Both the position numbers and the translations under genes were made by a program. From Trichodelitschia bisporula (taxonomy: Eukaryota), in assembly GCA_010356995.1 (NCBI GenBank), contig ML996693.1:496001-560000 (forward strand): DNA of 64,000 nt. Reading direction: 5' to 3'. Shown here piece by piece: positions 48,766-60,100 of the stretch. Below the pieces are notes generated by a model. It did no database searches. It was not told where the DNA came from and saw only the letters and a program-made list of their open reading frames with translations. The stretch's first letter is position 1; the number at the start of each line of letters is the position of its first letter.

Positions 48766-51003
48766 ATGGCTGGAATCAAGCGCAAGCAGTCGGGTACGGG
48801 CAAGAGCGATGCCGCCGCGAAGAGCAAAAAGCTGAAGCCGTCGCCGAACTCGAAGAGCTCCAAACCTTCGTCTAAGCACGCCGACAAATCAGCCTCCAAG
48901 TCCAAGTCGAAGCCATCCAAGAGTGATGCGCCTAAGAGCAAACCTCGTCGCGAACCCGAGCCCGATATTGTTGAATCTGATACGACGGAGGACGAGGCGG
49001 ATGGCTTCGATGGCTTCTCCGAGGGCGGTGCCGACAGTTCTGATGAGGCTCCTCAGAGCAAGAAGCCCAGGGCTCAGGCGTCCGGTTCTGCAGGCGCTAC
49101 TACTACTACGGCTAACGGAGGTATGTGTGTTGCTATACAGGAAAGAATACTGCTAACGTCGTCTAGGCTCGAAATCTCAAGAGTCCCATGCTAAGCAGAA
49201 AGTCCTTGTCAAAGAGCGCAAGGCACAGAAGCCTAATGCGGACGTGATCGCAAGAGCCAAACAGCTGTGGGAGCGCCTGCGCAGAAAATCGCATGTGCCG
49301 AAGGAGGAGCGGCAGCAATTGGTTGCCGAGCTATTCGAGATCGTCACTGGCAGAGTTAAGGACTTTGTCTTCAAGCATGACTCTGTCCGCACGGTGCAAT
49401 GCGCGCTGAAGTATGCGACCATGCCTCAGCGCCTTGCCATTACCGAGGAGTTAAAGGGGGAGTTTAGGTCTCTGGCGGAAAGCAGATATGCCAAATTCTT
49501 GATCGGAAAGATGCTGGTTGAAGGGTGAGATACATCCTGACCTTCCCTACACCGCAGCTAACCAGTGACAGTGACGACAAGATTCGGGATATCATCGTGC
49601 CAGAGTTTTACGGCCACATCCGCCGCCTCATCAACCATCCCGAAGCCTCGTGGATTCTCGATGACATCTACCGCCAGAAAGCCAGCAAGGAGCAGAAGGC
49701 CATGATGCTCCGGGAGTGGTACGGGCCCGAGTTCGCCGTCTTCAAGGTCGCGGACAAGTCGAAGTTGACAGCCAACCTATCGGAAATCCTGAAGGAGAAC
49801 CCCGAGAAGCGGAAGCCCATCATGGACTACCTGCACGGCATGATCAACCAGCTCATCCAAAAGAAGCTCACCGGCTTCACAATGCTCCACGACGCCATGC
49901 TCCAGTACTTCGAGAACCTAACCGAAGGCAGCGCCGAACTAGGCGACTACCTAAAACTCATCATCGGCGACACCAAAGAAGAAGAAATCGACCTCCTCAA
50001 AAACCTCGCCTTCACCAAATCCGGCGCACGCATCGTCTGTCTCACCCTCGCCCACTCCCCTTCCAAAGACCGCCGCGCCATCCTCAAGGCCTTCAAGGAC
50101 GTAATCGAACTCATGGCCTACGACCAGTACGGCCACACTATCTTGCTAACCGCCTTCGACGTCGTCGACGACACCCGCGAAATCTCATCCCGTATTCTGT
50201 CCGAGCTGATTAAGCTGAGTAAGTCCGCTGACGCAGACGCCATCGCCGCGTCCGTCCTCGCCCTCGCAGACCACATCGTCGGCCGCATCCCGCTCCTGTA
50301 CCCCTTCGCCGGCGCAGCGAAGTGGCTCATCCGCCCGGACACCGCACCGCTGATCGAGGAAGTCCACGCCCTGCGCGCCCAGACGAGCAAGAAGAACCCC
50401 GAGACGCGTCGCGCAGAGTTGATTGCCGCGCTGTCGCCCCCGCTGCTCGCGACCATCGCGGCACATGCGCGCGCGCTGTGCGCGACGCAGTTCGGCCCGT
50501 ATCTGGTGACGGAGGTGCTCCTGCACGGCACGGGGGATAAGAATGCCGCTCTTGCGGCCGTGGCGGATTTGGCCGAGGGGGATCCGAGCGCTGAGGAGCA
50601 TGTTGCGCAGAGCGCGGCTGTGCGGCGTATGCTGAAGACTTTGGTTGGAGGAGGGCCGTTCGATCCGGTGCAAAAGAAGGTCATCCCGGTTGACCCGCCG
50701 CTCGGGTTTCATAACCTCCTGCTGGAGCGTGTGCAGCCGTGGGTTGGGAAGTGGGCGGTTGGAGAGGGGGCGTTTGTTGTTGTGGGGTTATTGGAGGCGG
50801 AGGGGTTGGAGGGGCGGGAGGGGTTGATATCCGCGCTGCGTGAGGTGAAGGGAGAGCTGGAGGGTGTTGCTGGGGAGGTAGGGGAGAAGAATGGGGCGAA
50901 GAAAGCGAAGAAGGGTAAGGGGAAGAAGGAGGTGGTGGAGAAGGGGGAGGGCAAGAAGGGGAATCCCGGGGCACGGATCATTCTGGGTCTGTTGGATGCG
51001 TAG
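48766..51003 (+). CDS. PUF6: Pumilio-homology protein Puf6 / PUM3 (60S biogenesis), 2 introns
   Basis: K/S-rich N-terminus, then SRESHAKQK..ERKAQKPNAD, LWERLRRKSHVPKEERQQLV, VFKHDSVRTVQCALKY, EASWILDDIYR, REWYGPEF and TSKKNPETRRAEL. Introns 49121-49166 and 49525-49571. Confidence 0.94.
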
Positions 51004-51102
51004 GACGTGTGGTTGAGCTAGTGGCGAGATATCAAAATGGAGGGTTAACTGAGTTGGTTATCCTGCGCCTTTTGTCGTGATGTTCTATGCCTCACTTCCC
51101 TC

Positions 51103-51130
51103 ACAGCAGCAACAGCAACAGCAACAGCAA
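51103..51130. repeat. (CAGCAA)n microsatellite between the convergent PUF6 and WHI2 genes
   Basis: About 4.5 tandem units. Confidence 0.8.
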
Positions 51131-51779
51131 TCCACATCCGACTTCAACTATCTGCATATACCGCACACCCTACGCGTACAAGTCAGCCGCCAACCTACAT
51201 AAACGAGTGCAGCCAAAGCCGAGAACCCCCATCCACCCCATCAAGTCCAATGAAAACGACAGCCTCACCCACGAAACCTACAGCCATTCTTATCATTGTG
51301 CCCGTTCCCTTGCCCCGACTCCCTACTTCCTACACCATCCTCCACCATCCATCAGACAGCGCCAGAATGCCCTCCCTCTACTAAGCGAAGGTGTCCTCCA
51401 ACAAGTCTCAAAGCGCCCAGTAAAAGCCAGCATTTTACTAAGAATATATCGTATGCGCCCGACCATTGTGCAAAGGGTGACAGCTAGTGTAAATGCCGAA
51501 GAACAACAACCGCATGAACGAAAGAGTCCCTGTGGAATACATCGGTTATGTTACGTGCAAGAATGAGAAAGAAGCAGCACCACCCCACAAAGCTAGAAAG
51601 CACGGTGCAGCTAAGGACACAACCCCCGGAGAGACAACATACAAAAACCACTAGCTCCGCTTTTCGCCCTAGATATGAGAAAAAGTACACAAGAGTAATA
51701 TGAAAAGAGCTACGTCGAGGAATGGGAAACAAAGGCCCACCTCTTCCTCGGGTTCTCGAGGACGCTTGGTCCTCCATTA

Positions 51780-53450
51780 TTAACGCAGTCCAATGACGCT
51801 CATCTCCAGCGTCCACACCCTCCTGGCCCACACCCTCACGCGGCCGAACCCCTCCAGTTCTAACGACACCTCCGATCCCTCCCACCAGCAACGCCGCGCC
51901 GGTTTCCGCCAGAAAAGCAGAAGCTTTTGCGCCATGCCGACTGCGTTGTTCGACAAGTCGTTACCGCGGATGTCCGTGCGGAGGCGGGCAAGGGCTATGC
52001 TGCAGATAACGGCCTTGTTGGGTTCGCTGGCACGATGGCCCCACCGGTCGTCATGGTTGAACCCACTTCGGAGGTTAGATGGAGACGGATAGAAATGAGA
52101 GGGAGCATACCCAGCTGTCAGCATCTCAATCAGATGCTGTTCCGTCGATCCGGGTTCGTCACTTTTCCGCAGACCCGAGAAGATGCCGTCCTGCTTCAGC
52201 AGCGCCTGTCCTGCCGCACGCTTCACCTGCGTCATCTCAAGCTGCTCGATATCACGCCGCGGAGGAATGACATAAAAGTCGAGATCCTCGCGCAGGACAA
52301 TGATACCAGCGCGATCCTGCAGCATGTCACGTGCAGACCCTTGCATCGGCTCAATGGACACGGCTTCAGATTGCGGCTGTTGTTCGGTCGCTGTGGTCGG
52401 CGAAGGCGGCGATGCCGGTATCGTCTGCGCCACTTGGCGGAAGAAGTCGAGCATGTATTGCAGAGAATCTGGGTCATACTGGGAATGATAAGATATGTCA
52501 GATATGTATAATGAAGAGTTTGAGAGAGCAGAACGAAGGAATATCGCGGGGGCACGCAAAGAATTCTTGCGAGTGAGGGCTTTACTGACATCTACAGGGT
52601 ATACGTCGCCATCGTGGTACGACGTCATGTGGGCGTCCGGCAGCAATCCGTTCGGGAACAACGAAAGGAGTACGAATTCGGGTAGGGTGAGCAGCTCATC
52701 GCGGGAGAGTGTGAATCGTTTGCCTCTGTGAAACCGATCAGCAATTGTTGTCTTACCTAGTGAAGGGGGGGCGGGGTTGCTTACCGCAGATCAAGGGTGA
52801 TGTTTTCTTCCGAAGGGCCTGCACACACACGAAGATCAGCCTCCATATGTCGCATAGACATGCGAGCATGAGCACAGCATTCTAGTCTTACCTCCTAGGG
52901 CATTTATCGGTGGACCCCCTCCCTGCGAGACTTGAGTAATGATACTCGAAGGGCCGCCTGCTGTTGCCATGACGTATGTAAAAGACTGGATAGGACTGGA
53001 GCCCTCGCTGTACGGCGGTGGCGGTTCTCCGTCGTCGAGATCCTTACTCGACCCGTCCTTGGTATCGCGCGGAAGGGCAGCCTTGGTATCTGCGACAGCG
53101 GCGGCGACAGCAGCTGCGGCAGTGGATGATCCTTCCTGGCGAGGCGGGACAGCCGAGAACGCGGGAAGCGCTTCAGAGAATGCAGCCGAAGATGCCTCGG
53201 GTCCTGTTTTGTGCGCTTGCTGATTATCGTTGTCTGCGTCGTCAGACGGGAAGTAGAGCGAGGAAAAGGGGGGCGGGTAAGGAGAATCGGCCGTAGTAGG
53301 AGATGACGGGGCGGAGAATATGGCACGATCGAGAATATCGGCGGTTGCGTCAATGTCTAGAGGTATTCGAGGATGAAGAGGTGTTCGAGATGGTGGTGGT
53401 GGGAGAGAGGGCGCGGCTTCTCCGCTGGGTGTTTCTTGCGTGGCCGTCAA
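51780..53450 (-). CDS. WHI2: Whi2 growth/stress regulator (BTB-like, Psr phosphatase partner), 3 introns; first AUG at 52970, open non-AUG extension to TTG 53450
   Basis: SSIITQVS, ITLDLRGKRFTLSRDELLTLPEFVLLSLFPNG, IIVLREDLDFY, EQHLIEML, WGHRASEP, KLLLFWRKPARRCWW and RRVWTLEMSV match Whi2. Introns 52819-52891, 52726-52784 and 52479-52589. Confidence 0.88.
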
Positions 53451-53836
53451 TTTGATGGACGATACGCCGTTTTGACAACGGGATAAGCGCTGGTAAAGCG
53501 TCGTGATAATTGCGCAAGAGAGCGAAAGCGATGGCTGCGGTTGTCGTCGTTGCGAAGCGCGAACGCGATGAGGTGAGACGGGGGTGGGTTTGGACTGGGA
53601 ACAGAGGGATGCGGTTCTTGCGGCGGGCGGCTAGTTCTAGCTCATTTGCAACTGGTGCATGTGGATTAAGTAGGACTTGGACGAGGCGTCGTCAACATTG
53701 GGATATTGCTTCGAGACCAAAGATGCTCCGTTGGGACTTCTGGATGCTTATTGACTTTTGTGAGGGGTTGATTTTGCTGAAAGAAGTTTGGAAGTTTGTT
53801 GTGAGCTGAGGTTGCGTAGACTTGCAACTGTGCTTT

Positions 53837-53866
53837 NNNNNNNNNNNNNNNNNNNNNNNNNNNNNN
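53837..53866. other. Assembly gap (30 N)
   Basis: Run of N in the sequence. Confidence 1.
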
Positions 53867-54770
53867 GAAGCACGGGGGGGTGGGAGGGTTGCGCTTGGCC
53901 TTTGGGGAAGTGTTGGCTGTTTGGCTGTTGGATGAATTGGGGAGGCGAACTTGCATCTCCTCTGAAAATATGTCGTTGCTGTACTTTCCTGTGGGAATTG
54001 CTATAGCAACCTGCAATCACTTTCCCTCAGCCCTGCATTGCCATTGGATGAGCGACTGAGGCCCAGCCTGTGGATAAATTTAGCTCCGGACCCCGGATCC
54101 TCTCTTGCTGCCTCGTTGCCTTGAGATCCTGACATTCTTGATGTTGGGTCTCATATATGACGAGGTTCGCCACTTGGTCGACTTCTGTTCTGTAAGGCCC
54201 ACATCAACAGGAGGTTCAGCCATGGCTCATCTATACGAGTAAGGTCGCTCTTCCAAATTATGGGCAATTTATCCCTCCCCCAATCTTCAAGAATAACGCT
54301 TCTAACTGTAAAAACGCGCGGCATATGCATTATATATCAGGCCGTGGGTCGTGTAGCAGCTAACGACCAGTTTGGACTACAGCACAATCATACTTACTCT
54401 GGATCGATACACTCGCAACAACCCTCACTCGCAGACATCAGTGTGGAATGAGCCTGGAGGAGTATCGCTGTTCCATCTGTATCCTTGGGAGGATTCACCA
54501 AGCACAGGAATAGTACATATGATTGTTCAGTCCCGCTCTTCGGTTGAATTTCCAGGTCATGTCTTAGAGTGTATATCTTCCTTCCAAGTCCGTCCGGTCT
54601 TCCAGAGGTCAGCAGCAAGTCTTAGCACCTTGCCAGCTGTCATCGCAGAGAAACAAGCAAGCCGTTAGAATTGTACAACCGGTGTACATCACTCGTAACA
54701 CAGCCCATGGAAATGATCTAGATCTCTTTAGACCCCTTTTGTTTTCCGTCTACATGCACCATGCAGTTCT

Positions 54771-57124
54771 TTAATGCTTCGCCACCACACCCGCCGCATC
54801 CGCCTGCGCCGTAATCCTTTTCTTATAATCCGTAACCGTCCCACCAAAATGCTCAATCGTCCCATGATCACACACCCACAAGCTCGTACATACATTCTGC
54901 AGCATCGTAACATCATGACTAACCATGAGCACACCCCCCTGAAACCTCTGCAGCGCCTCAGACAGCGCATCCATCGCCTCGATATCAAGATGATTCGACG
55001 GCTCGTCCAGCACCAGGATATGAGGATTCGTCAACGAGAGGCAAGCAAATGCAACACGACTCTTCTGCCCACCGGACAGAAGCTCCATCTTCTGCAGACC
55101 CGTCATACCCGTGATACCGAAAGCCCCCAAGTGCCGCCGGTACTCCTCGTCCGTGCGGCCCGGGAACTTCTCCGTCATGAACCCCACCGCGCTCTTGTTG
55201 AGATCCAGTCCGTCGACGTGGTGCTGTGCGAAGAAGCCGACTCTCAGCCGCGGGTTCTGCGATATCAGGCCGGAGGTCGGTTGTAGCGCGCCGATGAGCA
55301 GTTTCAGTGCTGTGGTTTTACCCGCGCCGTTGGGGCCGACGATGCCGATACGTGAATCGAGCTGCACATCCAGATCGACGTTCTTGAGCAGGATGTTGCC
55401 GGGAGTGTAGCCGAAGGTGACATTTGTCATCTGGATGATGGGCGGAGAAAGCTTCTCCACCTCCGGGAACTTGAAGTGCACACTGTATTCGGCCTCTGGA
55501 GCTTCGAGCACGGGCATGCGTTCCAGCTTTTTGATACGCGATTGCGCTTCTGAGGATTTGGCGGCGTTGTAGCGGAACTTGTCGATGAAGGCTTGGAGAT
55601 GCGCACGCACCGCCATCTGGTTCTCGTACTCCTTCTTCGCAGTCTTACGCCGCTCCTCCTTGGTCGCGTAGAAGGAGTCAAAGTTGCCACCCTTGTAGTA
55701 GTCCAGCCGCTCCGAGTGCTGGTGGATGATATCTGTCGCGACTTCATTGAGGAAGGCTCGGTCGTGAGAGACGACGAGCACCGTGCTTGGGTAGCCTTGG
55801 AGGTAGTTTGAGAGGAAGGTAATGGAGGGGACGTCCAACATGTTAGACGGTTCATCGAGCAGCAGCAGATCAGGCTCGCAGAACAGCGCTCGCGCAAGCG
55901 CCAGTCTCATCCGCCAACCACCGGAGAAGGTCTTGGTGGCAAACTGCTGGCGTTCGGGCGAAAATCCCAGACCTGCGAGAATGCTGGCCGCACGGGATTC
56001 AGCCTTGTCGGACTCCATCTCGGCCAACTTGGCGTGGATGTCGCTGAGGGTGATATCGAGACCCTCGCGTTGCTTGTCGAGACGGGCAGCATCGGCGGAG
56101 GTGTCGGCCATAGAGGCCCGCTGGCTTTCGATCTCTGCCAGCTCCCTCGAGATTTTCTACATCCGTTAGGAAGTGCTCATCGGTGAGAAGCATATCACTT
56201 ACGTCTTGCTCCCGAAGGAGATGTTTCCGCCAGACATCCGCATCGAGAACGGCCTGTATCGCCGGCGTGTCGTCTCCAGTAATCTAAGCCACATGAGCAC
56301 ATGGTAAAAAAGAGGGATATACAGAATTCTACCTCTTGCTCGACATGGAGAATGGATATGTGGGTAGGAATGGGGATTTCTCTCCGACTGAGCGCCCTGA
56401 GCAGAGTGGATTTACCGATACCGTTCTGACCGACCAGACCGTATCTATGACCATATGCCAGAGTGAGGGTGGTATCACTGAGGATTCTCTTTCCTCCAAT
56501 CGACACATCAATCCCATCAACTTTGATATCCTTGCTCTTGTTCGACACATCCGAGCCAAGCTGCAAAGGATTCACAGCCATATAAAACTCCTCATACGAC
56601 TGCGCCTCATCGGTCTGATTGAGCAAGCGGGAAGCCTCGTACTCGACATTCTTCATCGTCTTCCGCTCCTGCTTTGCACGGATCTTGCGCTCCGCCTTTT
56701 CGAGCTTCTTACGGTCAACCCGCGACTCCACCCGCCGGCCCGCCGCAGCCTCTACATCGACACTGCCGGTCGCAAGCGCCATCGTCGACGAGATATTCCG
56801 CTGCGACCCAACATGGATCGTCTGATCCAACTTCCGCGCCGCCATCTGGTGTATCTCGCCATCGGCCGCCGCCGCCGCCGCAGCGCCCAACCGCTCCACA
56901 AACCGGCCGACGAGGTTCCGGATAGCAACCTCGTTTTGAGGCGAGAAGTCGCCGGAAGCGGAGAGCAGCAGGGCGGCTACGGCATCGGCGGCCTCATTGA
57001 GCGGGGAGTCGGCGTCGCCGTCAGATGATGAGGCGCTGTGCGCGGCATGGTTTAGATACCCAACCGAGTAGTCTGCTACGACCTGGTCAATCTGGGGGAT
57101 TTGGGATCTAATCTCGGTGTCCAT
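54771..57124 (-). CDS. GCN20: ABC-F translation regulator Gcn20 / ABCF3, 2 introns
   Basis: Two ATPase domains (GQNGIGKST, FSGGWRMRL, LLDEPSN; GPNGAGKT, LSGGQKSRV), no TM domain, and the Gcn20-type N-terminus RVDRKKLEKAERK..YEEFYMAVNPL. Introns 56285-56332 and 56157-56202. Confidence 0.93.
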
Positions 57125-60100
57125 GGCTTTATTGAGGTGAGTAGCGCGGGGGAGGGGCTGCGCGGGGCTGAGGTCTGAAGTCGGGGTCGGATTTTTTCGT
57201 TGCGTGGCGGGAGGGGCGGGGTCCCGGAGGTGAGGCGTTTGTGTGGGGAGGGTGTGGGTGGGTGGTTGTTAGCGTGCAGGTGGAAGGAGCGGCTTTGAGA
57301 TATTCGGTGGCGTCACACTTTCCCGACCCCAACCCTCATGTCTTGCCCCTCTCCAAACCGCTTCCGAGAGATCTGCTCTGCAACGAGGTGAATTCGGGTT
57401 GAAGACGAGACGAGACGGCAAACACGAGGAGCTTTTTTCACGGGGGAAGGCGGGGGAGGATGCGGTCTGGGCTCGGACAGGGACTGGCCGCAGCAGGAGG
57501 AGCAGCAGCAGCAGCAGCAAGCAACAAAGTCACAGGCGACAGGGACGAGGGACGAAGGGTGAACACGAATGTTGCAAGTGCCCCCCGGCCCAGCTAGAGG
57601 CCGCGATGGCGGTTGGTGCGGAATGCGAAGTGGGGAGCATAGAGTGCGGGAAAGCCAACAGGCAACGAAACAGGTGATGACCGATCGCGCTGGGGCCCCT
57701 CTCTCTTAGTTCTCACTGGCATCAGCTCGTGGAAAGGAACTGTTGGGATCTTACGGAATGTCCTAATGGCATCAGAGGTGAGTACGATAGGCGAGCAAAT
57801 CAGCTGCACAGCACAGAAGGCCAATATTCGATGCTTAGGGCAGCGCATATATATAAGACCAACGGATATGGCTGACCTTGGAACGTCTGCAATAAGAACG
57901 CCACTTAAGAGGCCGCTTTCTCCTGCTATTGCTCAACTTCTGAATGAGCGGTTACGACGTCGCTTGGCTGCGCATGATGGCGAAATGGCCGGCCTTGGAC
58001 CTGACGGCTATGCGGCGAGCCCCGCGGGACCTGCGCAAGTCGGCGTGGGAGGAAGGCATGTCGTCCTGTTGCCTCATCGCTCTTTACCGGGGCTGTCCTT
58101 GTGTTTCAAAGTATGCGACCTGACCGTCTGACTGTCCGTTTTGACGCCGCTTACGGAGTACTCTCTAGATAGGGTGCGGAGAACTGCGGAGAAGGATGGA
58201 CGGCGTAGCGACGGCGGGAAGGGGCGGCGTAAGAGGAGCGGGAGACGGCTCATCTGTGCCTGCAGATGGGTGTGCTCATGATATGACAGGAAGACGGGAA
58301 GCGATGCCGTGGTTGACGAGCAGACGCTCATGGTGTGTTGTGTCATGGCTGTGTTCCCCGCATCGCCGAGCGAAGGTGGCTGGAAGGAAGGGACGAGGTG
58401 GGCCCTCCCCGGGTCACGACGGTTGACAGTGAGGTGATTCCAACTGACGATGTTCGCCGTACATACAGATTGGTACCTCCATTGGCCGTACTACGTACTT
58501 TGATGGGGTTCACTGGGGGGGAAATCTGGGAGCGCATCGGAGCCTATTAGGTGTCGTCGCACTGTAGTGGCCTGGGACCTGCAGCGGAACACCGCATAAG
58601 TAAGGTGCGTTTCTCTGGGACATATGCGTTGACTTGGTACGGATATATGCGTTTGGTGAAGCGACGCCTTCACTGTGGCCCGTTGTGCCCATTGCGTTTG
58701 GTGAGAGAGTGTCTCTTTGTTGAGAAGGAGAGAGTTAATTTGGAGAGCGGTATGAACTCCGTCGTCCATGGGGGCCGTGAGCACCACGACATGGGACCCG
58801 AAGGACGAATGGGAGACGTAGAATGCAGCCTTTTTTCCTCTTCAATCACGGAACGGGAGAGTGCTTCTAGAAGACGTCGGGATGGGAAATTCGGGCCTGT
58901 GTGTTTCGGAGAGGCTTTTTCGGCGTTGAGCCATCTCATCTCCCGAAGTGCCTCGCGGCGGAACCCGCGACAAATGATGAGACGCGTCGCGTTGACCATC
59001 TTGAGCCTTGCGATCTCCGTTCATGATACCACTCTCCACATCGCTCAGCCGGAGTACTCCGGTCAAGCTTTCTCGCATCCCATGGTACATTGGTCTATTC
59101 TCGGATAGGTACTTTCAATGAACCGACGGACAACTTCCTCTTGAACCAAGTTCCAACAGCGTTGAGTGCATGCTAATAACATAAACAAGCGCGCCAACGC
59201 CACTCTCTTCTCCACACCCGACCCCTGCGACGTTGACGTGTGCCTTGTCTGACTGGCTCGAAAGAAGTCATCGCCGCGTCGCACCCAGCGCCTAGTCGCG
59301 CGCCGTTGCGAGGGCTGGAAGGAAGTCGTCCCTGTTTTGGCCTGCCCGTTCAAGCGTGGCAAGCAGATGATGAGCTTCAGGGGCCTTGGTTCATGGCATG
59401 GGAGTAAGGTGAGCAAGTAGTTGAGGATGACGATAAGGCCGAGAGCTAGTGAATTAACTTATGTTCACGCCCTAGGGCCGGAGTAGAGGTTGGTGACGGT
59501 GCACTGCTGCTGGTCGCCCCGGCGCCTGCTGCGACTTTGCGCGACTGCGGGAAGACGGGATATTGTTTGCTGGAGAGAGAGCAAAGACTTCGCAGCGATG
59601 ATGGCCCTGCCGAGCTCCAATTACGCCCGTGGATGCTGTGATGCTCTTCAGCTCCGTGCTGACGGCAAATGCCCGCTTCAACAGCTTGGACCTCACTGCG
59701 GTACTGCCTCCAACGCCTTGCAGCGACCTCCCTCACTCCTCTCATTGCTCCCAAGAAGCCTTTCAACCTCTCATCCCGCAGCACTCCTCATCAACCCACC
59801 ACTCACGTACCCCCCACACCCCGCTTGCAAGCCCACATCCTTGGGAAGCCTTTGACGCCTGAAAGGAAGCGGCTGGCTGGCCTGGCCGCCTGGGCGGGAG
59901 AATCTGACGCCGGCGACATGAAGCCGAGTGGAGCCAAAAGGGCAATCGAACGCCTGCCTTGGGGCCGGCGGGCCAGTAAGAAGACCGGTAGTGCCGGGGG
60001 TCTTGACGCGTGCCTCCGCGTTCGCGTGTTGCCGATGGACACGATTTGGAGATTTGGTGGGGCCCGCGTGGGTCCCCGGCAGCCAAAGCGCGCGGCGGCG

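Noticed and set aside
58883..58897. RNase P RNA CR-I-like TGGGAAATTCGG
   Set aside because: It departs from the fungal consensus after the core, and I could not find a matching CR-V or P4 partner. An Rfam scan would settle it.
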